In this document: positions 1 to 10,862 of the stretch, in pieces
How positions within the stretch are numbered: the first letter of the stretch is position 1
Layout of the letters: every line of letters begins with the position of its first letter
Assembly: GCF_046119375.1 (NCBI RefSeq)
Contig: NW_027362763.1
Span: forward strand, 417,012,001-417,076,000
Direction of reading: 5' to 3'
Origin: Phyllobates terribilis
Taxonomy: Eukaryota
DNA: 64,000 nt
Position numbers and translations under genes: made by a program
Notes under the pieces: generated by a model
Seen by the model: the letters and a program-made list of their open reading frames with translations, nothing else
Database searches by the model: none
What the model was told of the DNA's origin: nothing

Positions 1-3000
1 ATGTCTACTTCTTTTAGCGGACAATGTGATAAGATCCCTTTCTTACGGCCACGCCAATCGCTACAAATTCCAGATGAGGCACAAAAACAGCAGGTGCTTC
101 AACGGATATCAAGTGCTCCTTTAAGTGGGCTCTCCTCCACATCAACTTCAACATCACAAATACTCCAGTCCTCAAAGGTGTCACCCAAATCGCACTTGCT
201 TCCTCACAGCTCCCAAATCTCCAGCTGCCCGTCTGAGTATGAGGTAGAACAGATGGTTGAGTCTGCAGAGCTGTTTACTCATACTATAGCCTGGGAATCA
301 GAGGTCGACTCCAGCGCTTCTGTGAATCCAGACGAGGAAATGATCTGCACTGATGCCCAGAATCTTTATGAGTCGGATCCAGGACCAGACGCAGAAGGTT
401 CTGACCATAATGTAGACCCTCATTCCCAAACTGTAACTCCTGTTGGTGGAGACAATGAGGAAGACGATGATAAGACTCAAATACCTGATTGGAGCGACAA
501 CTTTAGTTTTTTGTCAGGGCAGGAACAGGTTGGCTCTGAGGACGACGGGTGTGATAACGCACAGGGTGATGATGATGAGGTCGGAGATCCCACTTACTGT
601 CAACCCACAGTCAGCCAAGAGATGAGGTCAGCAGAGGAGGTGGAGGAAGATGCTAGTGACGACGAGGTCAGGTTGCGCCTTCCTGGACAGAGACGTAGTA
701 CTGGAAGCACGTCAACAACTGCATCCTCAAACACAACTCTGCCTCTCACCACAAGTCGTGGTGGCTCTTCAGGTCGCATGGGTGCTAAGCCTTGCATAGC
801 CTGGGCATTTTTTCAGATCGATAAAGATGACCCAACTCGTGTTATCTGTAACATTTGTCAGCAAAAGCTAAGTAGAGGCCAAAAAATACATAGTTTGAGT
901 ACTTCATGCATGAACCGGCACATGGACATGAAGCATAAGTTGCAGTGGGAAGCTCAGTGTGCTACAATGCGGTCTAGCCGGCCGGGCCAACCACCGTCTG
1001 CCATATCTTGTGCATCCGCAGCCTCTTCATCCTCTGTGACTGGGGGGACAGCAGTCACACCTGTTTTGGGGCGCAGACCTGCCACCTCTTTACCCGCAAC
1101 AGCCAGCGTGATTGGCAGGTCATCATTTTCTTTGGAGGTGGTAACACCAGCTGGTCTTGAGCGCTGTCCGACATCGATAGCACCACCTTTGGATCAAGGC
1201 AACCTAACATGTCCGCCTGCATCTTCCTCACAGACCGGCAGTTTGCCGGGGACACCCTTATCAACCCCGTCTAAGCACAATAGCCAGCCCTCGGTCCCTC
1301 AGATGTGGACAAGTAAAAGACCATTTCCTCCTAGCCATGAGAAAGCTAAGAGGTTGAATTTCACCATCTGCAAGCTCTTGGCTACAGAAATGCTGCCTTT
1401 CCGCCTGGTGGACACAGAGGATTTTCGAGACCTTATGTCCGTCGCAGTGCCCCAGTACCAGATGCCCAGTCGGCACTACTTCTCAAAGAAAGGTGTGCCT
1501 GCGCTCCACCAGCATGTCGCACACAACATCACCGCTTCTTTGAGAAACTCTGTGTGTGACAGGGTGCATTTCACCACAGACACTTGGACGAGTAGGCATG
1601 GACAGGGGCGTTACATGTCGCTGACTGGGCACTGGGTAACTATGGTGACAGCAGGACAAGGGGCTGCTGTCCAAGTCTTGCCGTCCCCACGAGTTGTGCG
1701 TCAATCCTCTTTATGTCATTTTTCCTCCACTGCTTCTGCCTCCTCAACCTCCTCTCGGTCTTCCACCTGCACCCAAAGCCTGTCTGGTCATGCCACAAGC
1801 TTTCTAACTGCGCAGAAGGGATCCTGCACACCTCCTTACTATGCTGGCAGTAGGGCTCAACGTCATCAGGCGGTTTTTACATTGAAATGTCTGGGAAATG
1901 TGAGTCACACAGCTGAGGAGTTGTGGTCAGCTCTGGAGAACCAATTTCATGAATGGTTGTCTCCACTGGACCTGAAACCAGGGAAGGCCGTGTGCGACAA
2001 TGCTGCAAACCTGGGTGCGGCCCTTCGCCGGGGCAATGTCACACACGTGCCTTGTATGGCTCACGTGTTGAACCTGGTTGTCCAGCAATTTTTAGCCCAC
2101 TATCCCAGACTAGATGGCCTTCTGCAGAGGGCACGGTCGCTGTGTGCTCACTTCCGCCGTTCGCATCCCGCAGCTCAGCGACTTACATCTCTACAGAAGT
2201 CGTTGGGCCTGCCACTTCACCGGCTAAAATGCGATGTGCCTACCCGGTGGAATTCAACTCTGCACATGTTGCAGCGACTGTGGCAGCACCGACAAGCCCT
2301 GGTGCAATACGTTCTGACGTATAGCCTGGGCCAACGAGATTCAGAGGTGGGGCAAATCACGCTGGAGGAGTGGTCTCAGATCAGGGACCTATGCACCCTT
2401 CTGCACAGTTTTGAAATGGCGACGAAGATGTTTAGTGCTGACGATGCCATTATTAGCATGACTATTCCGGTGATTTACATGCTGGAGCACATGTTAAACA
2501 GAATTCGGAGTCAGGTGGTGGCACAAGAGGAGGTGGAGGAAGTAGAGGAGGAGGAGTTGTATGCGGAAGGGCTAACATCTGCAAGGTCCAGAAGGTCGGC
2601 AGCACCAAGGCGGCAGGCATGTGAGGGTGGGGGAGATGGTTTTACCAGGGTGCATGGTAGCAGCCAAACTAGTGAGGAAGGTGCAGGAGCCCAGGAAGAA
2701 GTGGAGGACGAACTGATGGAAGACTCATCAGATGAGGGAGACCTTGATCACATTTCTGTTGTGCGAGGTTGGGGGGAGAGGACAGAGGAAGGAAGCATGA
2801 TTGTTACCTCGCCACCAACACAACAGGGACTTGGTGCTCCTGGATGCGCAACACACATGAGTGCCTTCTTGCTGCACTACCTGCAACATGACCCTCGAAT
2901 TGTGAGAATTAGAAATAATCCTGACTACTGGGTTGCCACACTGTTAGATCCCCGGTACAAAAGTAAATTTGCAGAAATTATTCCTGCCATAGAAAGGGAT

Positions 3001-3564
3001 GCACGCATGCAGGAGTATCAGCAGAGACTGTTGCAGAATCTTACATGTGCTTTTCCACAAAATACCAGTGGTGCACGTAGTGAATCTCACAGTTCCAACT
3101 TGCCAACCGTGGGACCGTCAAGTGTTCAGCACTCAAACCGTAACAGAACCACAGTATCTGCTGGTAACATCAATTTTGCGGAATCATTTCACCACTTTTT
3201 TAGCCCATCCTTTGCAAGGCCACAGGAGACAAGAAGTCTGACACATAGTCAACGCCTAGAGACGATGGTACAGGAGTATCTCCAAGTAAACATTGAAGCC
3301 ACGACTGTGTCACTGGACCCTTGCTCTTTTTGGGCTTCCAATCTGGATAAATGGCCGGAGCTAGCCACTTACGCCTTGGAGATCTTGTCATGCCCCGCAG
3401 CCAGCGTTCTGTCTGAACGTGTGTTCAGCGCTGGTGGTGGTGTGCTGACAGATAAGCGCACGCGGCTCTCCACTGATAATGTAGACAGACTCACGTTCAT
3501 AAAGATGAACAAATCATGGATCCGAAACGACTTTTCTACCCCTGTGTCATCCTGGGGAGAGTAA
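1..3564 (+). CDS. hAT-superfamily transposase with BED zinc finger (ZBED-like), open ORF of at least 1187 aa
   Basis: BED finger (AWAFF...VICNICQQKLSRG...MNRHMDMKH). Catalytic core motifs HFTTDTWTS, VCDNAANL, CMAHVLNL and DVPTRWNST. C-terminal hAT dimerization domain WASNLDKWPELATYALEILSCPAASVLSERVFS. No stops or frameshifts; may start upstream of the window. Confidence 0.95.
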   Translation: MSTSFSGQCDKIPFLRPRQSLQIPDEAQKQQVLQRISSAPLSGLSSTSTSTSQILQSSKVSPKSHLLPHSSQISSCPSEYEVEQMVESAELFTHTIAWESEVDSSASVNPDEEMICTDAQNLYESDPGPDAEGSDHNVDPHSQTVTPVGGDNEEDDDKTQIPDWSDNFSFLSGQEQVGSEDDGCDNAQGDDDEVGDPTYCQPTVSQEMRSAEEVEEDASDDEVRLRLPGQRRSTGSTSTTASSNTTLPLTTSRGGSSGRMGAKPCIAWAFFQIDKDDPTRVICNICQQKLSRGQKIHSLSTSCMNRHMDMKHKLQWEAQCATMRSSRPGQPPSAISCASAASSSSVTGGTAVTPVLGRRPATSLPATASVIGRSSFSLEVVTPAGLERCPTSIAPPLDQGNLTCPPASSSQTGSLPGTPLSTPSKHNSQPSVPQMWTSKRPFPPSHEKAKRLNFTICKLLATEMLPFRLVDTEDFRDLMSVAVPQYQMPSRHYFSKKGVPALHQHVAHNITASLRNSVCDRVHFTTDTWTSRHGQGRYMSLTGHWVTMVTAGQGAAVQVLPSPRVVRQSSLCHFSSTASASSTSSRSSTCTQSLSGHATSFLTAQKGSCTPPYYAGSRAQRHQAVFTLKCLGNVSHTAEELWSALENQFHEWLSPLDLKPGKAVCDNAANLGAALRRGNVTHVPCMAHVLNLVVQQFLAHYPRLDGLLQRARSLCAHFRRSHPAAQRLTSLQKSLGLPLHRLKCDVPTRWNSTLHMLQRLWQHRQALVQYVLTYSLGQRDSEVGQITLEEWSQIRDLCTLLHSFEMATKMFSADDAIISMTIPVIYMLEHMLNRIRSQVVAQEEVEEVEEEELYAEGLTSARSRRSAAPRRQACEGGGDGFTRVHGSSQTSEEGAGAQEEVEDELMEDSSDEGDLDHISVVRGWGERTEEGSMIVTSPPTQQGLGAPGCATHMSAFLLHYLQHDPRIVRIRNNPDYWVATLLDPRYKSKFAEIIPAIERDARMQEYQQRLLQNLTCAFPQNTSGARSESHSSNLPTVGPSSVQHSNRNRTTVSAGNINFAESFHHFFSPSFARPQETRSLTHSQRLETMVQEYLQVNIEATTVSLDPCSFWASNLDKWPELATYALEILSCPAASVLSERVFSAGGGVLTDKRTRLSTDNVDRLTFIKMNKSWIRNDFSTPVSSWGE

Positions 3565-3779
3565 AAGCTTGATGATTGGTTAAAATCACCCTACCAACCG
3601 TTTTAAGCTTTCAAATTACTAATCATGTTTATCTGTATCTTGACTGGAAAATAATTTGGGCTTTGTAGCAGTGTGCAGCACTGATCCTATTAGGCCATCT
3701 ATAATAAGCTTCACCAGATTTAAAATTAAAAATAATTTTTAGCTGCATCTAGCCCGGAAAATAATTTTGGGGCTCCGAG

Positions 3780-3890
3780 ATGCGCAAGACACATAAGTGC
3801 CTTCTTGCTGCACTACCTGCAGCATGACCCTCATATTGTCAGAATTCGAAGTAATCATGACTACTGGGTTGCCACACTCTTAGATCCCCC
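3780..3890 (+). pseudogene. Diverged duplicate fragment of the hAT transposase ORF (matches ~2843-2953; resumes at 5266-5330 matching ~3045-3110)
   Basis: GATGCGCAAGACACATAAGTGCCTTCTTGCTGCACTACCTGCAGCATGACCC...TTAGATCCCC aligns to 2843-2953. After the Tc1, CATGTGCTTTTCCACAAAACACCAGTGG aligns to 3045 onward. Confidence 0.85.
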
Positions 3891-5263
3891 AAACTTTTCG
3901 ATCAACCTTTTCATTTTAATAAAGACCAAAAAAATGGTCATTTTTGAAATTATAAGCATTAGCAGGTTGTTAGAAACTGAAATCAAACAGTTTTCAACTC
4001 AAAACTTTATTCTAGGTGATGTTACATTTTCACATAGGACCCCTTGTTCGAAAGGAGCTTCTGAACTCTCTCGTCCATTGAATTTGTCAGGTTTTGGATG
4101 GTTTCTGCTTCAATTGTTTTGCATGAGGACAGAATACCCTCCCAGAGCTGTTGCTTAGATGTGAACTGCCTCCCGCCATCATAGACACTCCTTTTAATGA
4201 TGCTCCAAAGGTTCTGAATGGGGTAGAGGTCAGGGGAGCATGGGGGTCACACCATAAGTTTGTCCCCTTTTATGCCCATATCAGCCAGAGATGCAGATGT
4301 TTTATGTGCAGCATGAGATGGTGCATTATCATGCAGAAAAATGATCTTGCTGTGAAATACACGGTTCTTCTTCTTGAACCATGGCAGGAAGTGCTGTTTG
4401 AGAAAATCCACATACATTATGGAGTTCATCTTTAGCGCCTTCAGGGATCCTAAAGGGGCCGACAATCTCTCTCCCCATGATTCCAGCCCAAAACATTACT
4501 CCACCTCCTCCTTGTTGGCGCTGTAGCCGTGTTTGCGTGGGGTGTCCATCAACCAGCCATCCTCCACTCCATTCATCTGGACCATCGAGCGCTGCACGGC
4601 ACTCATCCGTGAACAAAACAGTTTTGAAATCAGTCTTCATGTAATGTTTGGCCCACTGGAGCCGTTTCTGCTTGTGTGAAGTGGATAGAGGAGGTCGACA
4701 GGATGGCGTATGCACAGCTGCAAACCTCTGAAGGACCCTGCATCTTGTTGTTCGGGGGACGTTGGAGGCACAAGCAGCTTCAAAAACTTGTCTGCTGCTA
4801 TGACAAGGCTTTTTTGCCGCTGCTCTTTCAACCTGACGTAATTGCCTGTAGGAAAGAGTCCTCAATTTGCCCTTATCAGCACGCACACGTGTGTACTGTG
4901 AATCAGCTACATACTTCTTGATTGCCAAGACACTTCATCCTGATCATCGCACAATGTTGATTGTAGTCATGCCTTGACCTAAACACTCCACAATTTGTTG
5001 CTTCTCAGCAGCCGACACATCCTTTTTCTTTCCCATTTTGGCAGAAAATGTAGGCTGCTTAATAATGTGAGAGAGCCTTCTTAAGTAGTCTTGCCTTTCA
5101 TTGGACACACCTGCCAAACTAATTAGCACAGGTGTCTGCAATTGCTTACAGTGATATAAAGAGCCCTGACACACATCACCATCAATGAGTTTAACTGACA
5201 AACAAACAAATTCTTCCCTTATCACTCCTAAACACTTTTTGCATAATAATTTGGAACGCGGTG
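3891..5263 (-). mobile_element. Tc1/mariner element, one end truncated, inserted at a TA in the hAT duplicate
   Basis: TIR-like end TTTGCATAATAATTTGGAACGCGGTG followed by TA (5264-5265) that corresponds to the TA of cTTAcatgtg in the parental hAT sequence. The other end is missing. Confidence 0.85.
4022..5036 (-). pseudogene. Tc1 transposase pseudogene (frameshifted)
   Basis: MGKKKDVSAAEKQQIVECL start; VLFTDEC, GGGVMFWAGI, FLHDNAPSH and a WPPCSPDLYPIQNLW-like motif, split over several frames. Confidence 0.92.
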
Positions 5264-5339
5264 TACATGTGCTTTTCCACAAAACACCAGTGGTTCACGT
5301 AGTGAATCTTACAGTTCTAACTTGCCAACCGTGGTCTGT

Positions 5340-7180
5340 ATGGAATTGTTCAATAAAGGGCCCAAAATTAAGATAACATAGATGGGAGAGGTCTCTATGA
5401 ATAGGAATTCCTAAGTATTTGATACCCTGTGAGGGCCAGGCAAAGGGAAAGTTGGACTGGATGGAATCCTATATGGATTTAGGGAGGGAGACATCGAGGG
5501 CCTCAGACTTCGCTGCATTGATTTTAAAATTTTACCATGTAACAAAGTGATCTATTTCAGCCATAACAGCAGGGATGGATATATGTGATTGAGTGATATA
5601 TACTAGGACATCATCAGCAAATAGAGAGCACTTGTACTCGGTGCCTCCCACCTCAATCCACCTAATATTGGGGTTATGGCGAATTGATGAGAGCAGGTGC
5701 TCCGTCACTAGGATGTATAAGAGAGGGGACAGAGGACATCCCTGCCTTGTCCCATTGGTGATTGTGAAAGGTGATGAAAATGTTCTGACGCACCCCCTGG
5801 GCCTTGGGACACCCGGAGCCGGACCCTTTTTGGTGGATGCTGGTGGTTGTAGTCTTCGTGGCGGCGATCCGGTTCCGTGGCTCAGGGCGGTCAAACCAGT
5901 GGCGGAACTATTTATGTGGTTTTGATGTTTAAATGTCCGACTACGCCACCCGTGGATTGCGGTCAGAGTGAACCGCCGCTACAGGGCAGACCGCTAAGGC
6001 TGGTGTTGTGGGTGCAGCAGAGCGTAGCATAACTCCCCACGGGAGGAGTATAGCCTCAGGGCAGTGTATGCGGAGGATGGGGGTGATGGTGCAGGGCAGC
6101 AGCAGTAACGACACGGAGTCAGTGATGCAGTTCAGGGCCTTTACTCACAGTTCTTATTATCCAGACCACGTCTGCAGGTAACGGCTGCCCACGTCGTACT
6201 GTGCTCACCAGGTGAGGGGCTCAGACAACTCCCAGATAACTTTGGAGCGCTTCACAGGACCCCCTTTGTGTGTCCTTTGTCTGGCCTTTCTTACCAACAC
6301 TTCTGTCCGGCTGCCTCGGGCCTCCTCTTGGTAAACTTGGCGCCAGTTTCCCTGACCCTATGTGGTGCCTTCCTAGCGGGTGGAGCAAGGGGCTGCGCCA
6401 CATAAAATGTCAGAGCCTCCGGTTTCTAGCTGAGGGTCGTTTCCTGCCTCCACTAGTTCGGGGACCGGTCTCCCCCTTTGGCCTGACCCCTCCACGCAGG
6501 TGGATTCGGGCGTGCGGTGGCGACTCGCCCGTCCGCACCCCTGGGATCCCTTCATTCCTCGTTCCTGGAGCCTTCTCCGCTCCTCTTCCTTCCTTCTCCC
6601 TCTTGCAGGCCTGGGCCTCTGTTACTAGGCCCGCCTCCGGAGCAGAGCTCATGCAGAGCCCCTGCTCCCTGCCACTTCTGCTCAGACTTCTCTGCACTGA
6701 ACTAAGATGGTGCCCACCTTTTATACTCCCTTCTCAATGCACCCAGGAACTGCTTCCTCCTTGCTCCTGCACTGCAGGGTTCCCCTTCCTCAGTGTTCCC
6801 TCCCCCCACTCCAGCCAGGGACAGGGACTGTCGTGCCCATCTCAGGGGCATATTGGTCGCCCTGCCCCACGGCAATGTGGTGTAATGCATGCAGGTGTCG
6901 GGTCCTGATCCACACTCCATCCTTATCTGAGAGTGAGATATCACACCTCTGGGTGAGGTGCAATACGTCTGTAGCAACCGAGCCCTCGGTGCTACAGTTC
7001 CATTTATCTTCAGCCTAGGTGACGTATTGTGATACAGGGCCGTGATTTTGGCTATAAAAGGGTCCCCTAGACCCCTACCCCAAGCTTTTTAAGAGAATCA
7101 TATATGGCGTGCCAGGAGACTCTATGGAATGCTTTCTCAGCATCCAACGAGAGTATCTACTTACAAATTTTTAACTGCAT
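5340..7180 (-). mobile_element. L1-clade (L1/Tx1) LINE reverse transcriptase fragment, split by a solo LTR
   Basis: Removing 5786-6996 joins LSLDAEKAFHRVSW...[28 protein letters not shown]...SLFADDVLVY...IKYLGIPI, which are L1-type RT motifs. Confidence 0.9.
5786..6996 (-). mobile_element. Solo LTR (Ty3/Gypsy family, 1211 bp) with 4-bp TSD GTTC
   Basis: TG...CA termini (minus strand TGTAGCACCG...GGGGGTGCGTCA). GTTC at 5782-5785 and 6997-7000. U5 end similar to the LTRs of the Gypsy elements in this window. Confidence 0.92.
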
Positions 7181-7335
7181 CTAGCCCAGGAAATACTTTG
7201 TGCCTAGTAGCAGTGTCTGCTAGTCAGCGGATTATCCCGGCTGTTAAGCAAGCTACACCACCTGTAGTTTGGACACTTAATTTTTTCAAAGGAAATGCTT
7301 CGGGACCACGGGATACTTAGTGAAGAGCATCAGGA

Positions 7336-7537
7336 GGCACCCCAAGGCATAGGGGCTGGGACTGGCACTAGGATGCCTTGCGGTGGACAGCCGAGCTCGA
7401 TCCTTATAAAAGCTTTTTAACTGCAGCAGCTTTAGTGGACGCTACTGGAGCTGGAATTACGCGGCTGCTGGCATAAGACTTGCCCTCCAATAGATCCTTG
7501 TAAATGGATTTAAAGTGTATTCATTCAAATTAGAGGG
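7336..7537 (-). pseudogene. Degenerate 18S rRNA fragment (helix 18 / 530-loop region)
   Basis: Plus strand AGCTTTTTAACTGCAGCAGCTTTAG...GCTACTGGAGCTGGAATTACGCGGCTGCTGGCATAAGACTTGCCCTCCAATAGATCC...GGATTTAAAGTGTATTCATT is the reverse complement of the conserved 18S segment GGAGGGCAAGTCTGGTGCCAGCAGCCGCGGTAATTCCAGCTCCAATAGCG, with substitutions. Confidence 0.9.
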
Positions 7538-8621
7538 ACAATTTAAATTAAAAAGCTTAGAGCTGCCTCCACCACAGGGGGGCTCTCTCGACCCACCAGC
7601 GGACAGGCACCAGTATTGGGAGAGGGGGGCTGGCCGTCAGGGTTCACCGCGGCTCTGGCACAAACCCGGCGACACGGAGGTGGCACGGGCAGGAGCGGAC
7701 TGGCCGTCTCGGCTTCTCACTTTTTGGATTTTAGAAGGGCATGACATGCCTATATCTGTGTCTCCCCCTCCTTTTACTCCTCCACCTCTTTTCTTTTCGC
7801 ATGACTATATGTACTTGTCACTTTTCCATGTGTTAGTTGTGTCTTCTGAGCAGTTTGTCAGCTTTTGGACACCTTTGAAGGTGTTTTCTATGTGTTTCTA
7901 TGTGTTTTTGTTTGCCTGCCATTGGTTTTAACGGTGTTCGAAGGTGTTCGACGAACCGAACCGAACTCGAACACTACGGGGGTGGCTCAACACTAGTCAA
8001 AACGAGGGCTTGGGGTCCTTTAGGCTCCAGAGCCAGGTGTGACCGCAGTCCTAACACCCACCATAGTTACAGTTTATATAGTGATGTGGTTGAGAGATGA
8101 GATTGAGAACTGTTATTTATACAATGATATGATGCATCAGCAAAACATTTCACTGTCATCCTGTATAAATCTGCCCTCAAGCAAATAGTTTTCACATTCC
8201 ATTTTCTTATTCTGTTTTTACTAATCATACCGTTAGAAAAAAAACTGTTTAAAGTGAACTTTCCTAGTATACTTGCCACCAACTAACTCTGAGGGCACAA
8301 ACATTTTGGGTATGTATACACAAGTCATATCCTCTAAAAAAAAATCTGCTGCAAAATCCACAGCGATATAAAACCTCTGCAGATTTTGTTGCAGAATTGT
8401 GTCAGATTTGTTTCCCCCTATGCATTGTAATGCCAGTCAATTTACATTGAAGATTTTCTCCATAGCTTGTGTATGACATTTATTAAAAATTAAAAAATCT
8501 CTGCCATTGTAATACACAGGGCATTTTTGGGGAAAATCTATTGCTTATACACCCAGTCTCTATGTGCCCTAATACTTTGCAAAATTAGTTAATTGACATC
8601 AAATATACAAAAATGTCTTAA

Positions 8622-9061
8622 AAGTAGTCTGTCAACAGTTTTTTCCATGTAATCTGAGAGCATCATTATGTAGGGGCAGAGACTCTGATTCCAGTGATGT
8701 GTCACTTACTGAGCTGTATGTTGTTCTGTCAATAAAATAAATGTAAAATCAGTGTTTTATTGGTAGATTAACACTAGAGGACTAGCTGTCACATGCCTCC
8801 TAGTCCAACCACACCCCGACCAGTGCTTAGCAGCTTCCTGTCAATATACAGTGTACACAGAAAGCTGCCAATCAGTGTAAAGGGCGGGGTTATACACAGC
8901 TCAGCATTCTGAGCACTGCTACATGTGCAGCAGAGAAAACTGGATTTTATTACAACTGCTGCACCTAGTAAACTAAGTGATACATCGCTGGAATCAGGCT
9001 CTCTGCCCCTATATAATGGTGCTCTCAGATAAAGTAGCAAACACCTGGTGATAGATTCCCT
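8622..9061. mobile_element. TTAA-flanked palindromic MITE (T2/Kolobok-type)
   Basis: TTAA on both sides; long imperfect inverted arms (GTAATCTGAGAGCATCATTATGTAGGGGCAGAGACTCTGATTCCAGTGATG and its reverse complement). Confidence 0.75.
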
Positions 9062-9728
9062 TTAACTTACTAATTGTTCTTTAAGTTATGGTACATATGA
9101 CTATGCTAACTGAATGGTATGTACAATCGATTACGTCGATTTAATGTACTTTCTCTGGCCATAAATTATTTCACATAAAATTTGTATACAAATACTGTAC
9201 TTTTCTTATGACATGCCTGCAGTGCTTACATTATGTCATGTCATGAAAAACTCTAAATACCCTAGCTAGCAGGCATAAACTGTTCATATTCATTATGTGC
9301 CATCCACTGTAATATATACAGTAAGTTGTTACATTATTATGACACACACTAAATAATTTCAAGACCAAAGCAAATAGAAACAAACAATGGGAAGGCTATT
9401 TTCAAGCCTGCCTTCATTTTCTATCTGCTTTTAGATGCCAGAAATTATATAAAGTGAAACTGCATCTTAGAGGCAACCAAACACCTCTTCAGAAGTTTTT
9501 AAGTGCAATTATGAGTGATTGCCTGAAAAGAAAAAAATATTTAATATTGAAAATTCTATATAATCTCTTATGTTTATGAGGTTTGGTTATGGTTGTGAAT
9601 TTTTTGTACCTATGGATATGTATTTTACATATGTATATAAGTATGTATAGTTGTATATTACTATTTATTTACTAGTAAAAGAAATGTGATTAAATAATCT
9701 GGAAGAACTGATGGCAGAAAGTATTTAA

Positions 9729-10862
9729 AGGCAACTTAGCAGAAATGGTATTTCCTTGTAGATATAGTGGTAATCCACAGGTAAATAACATTTAAATCTT
9801 ATTGGAGCAGCGGCTACAGGGAGGAAAGGAAGTTTTATTCTCTCTGCAGCCATTTGCTTTAAGTCATTGCGATGAAACAGGGGCTGTTAGGGCTTTTTCG
9901 GATGTTTGAGATCATCGGTCCAATCTCGGATTGCAATGCACGGACTGGCTGTGCGTCCCCTGACCCCGAGCGTGACAGCTTTATATATTTCTATGCAGCT
10001 GTCACGCTTGGGGACGGTAGACGGCCGGCAAGTCAGTGCATTGCAATCCGAGATAGGACCGATGATCGCGAACATCTGAAAGAGCCCTTATAGTGAGTGC
10101 GCTGTAATCCCCGCACATTGATTGACAGCCAGCTCTGCACATATACGCCATACACACACTGCAGAGCAGGCTGTCAATCAATATGCAGCGGTGTGATTAT
10201 AGCCACGCTCACTGTGTAGTGTGTGGTGACTGCAAAGGCTCTCTGTACTGGAAGCAAGTGGCTGCAGAGAATAAAATTACATTTTCTCACTGTAACATTT
10301 GCTCCAATAAGCCTGCCAGGCACATTTAAACTCTTATTTCACTACAGATTACCATTATTTGGCTGGAGACACATTAGCGTATGGCATGTGATGCGATATG
10401 CTAAAGAAACTTGGCTCCTGTGCTGCTGCGAGCTGGAGCCGAGTGTCAGTGCTCTGATCCTCTCACGTGAGAGGATGGCAGCACAGCTGCGGAAGAGACA
10501 GAAAAAGTAATTTCTCCATCTCCTCCACTGCCTGGGTCTGAGGGAATCGCACTGCACTCGGGTAATATCCGAGTGCAGTGCATTGTTTCACACGCACTCA
10601 ATGAATTATATGGGTGCGTGCGATCCGAATTTCGCATGCAATCACAGCATGCTGCGTTTTTTTTTCCGATCTCGATCCGATCGGAGCTGGAAAAAAAACG
10701 CATATGAGCACAAACTCATAGATTAACATTGGACCGAATGCAATCCAATTTTTTATCGGATTGCATTCGTCCAATTTAATCATAAGTGGGAGCGAGCCCT
10801 TAACCTACAGATTGCCACTATATCTAAAGGTAAATTGTGTATTTGGAGGCGATAGGTTCCCT
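9729..10862. mobile_element. TTAA-flanked MITE carrying nested MITE insertions
   Basis: TTAA-AGGCAACTT ... GGTTCCCT-TTAA termini; inverted arms GATATAGTGGTAATC / GATTGCCACTATATC and CTTATTGGAGC / GCTCCAATAAG. Confidence 0.6.
9890..10087. mobile_element. PIF/Harbinger-type foldback MITE with TTA TSD
   Basis: GGGC...GCCC termini, TTA at 9887-9889 and 10088-10090, almost the whole element is an inverted repeat. Confidence 0.8.

Larger units (their letters stand above)
1..7995 (+). mobile_element. hAT element A (left end outside window; right end at 7995)
   Basis: Transposase ORF, then a 3' region ending in a GTTCG/CGAAC-rich subterminal block and terminus GCTCAACACTA (7985-7995), the same terminus as the other hAT copies here. 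Whether the ORF and this right end belong to one element cannot be proven without the left end. Confidence 0.6.

Noticed and set aside
7336-7537. Functional rRNA gene
   Set aside because: Only ~200 bp, with substitutions in universally conserved positions and no flanking rDNA.
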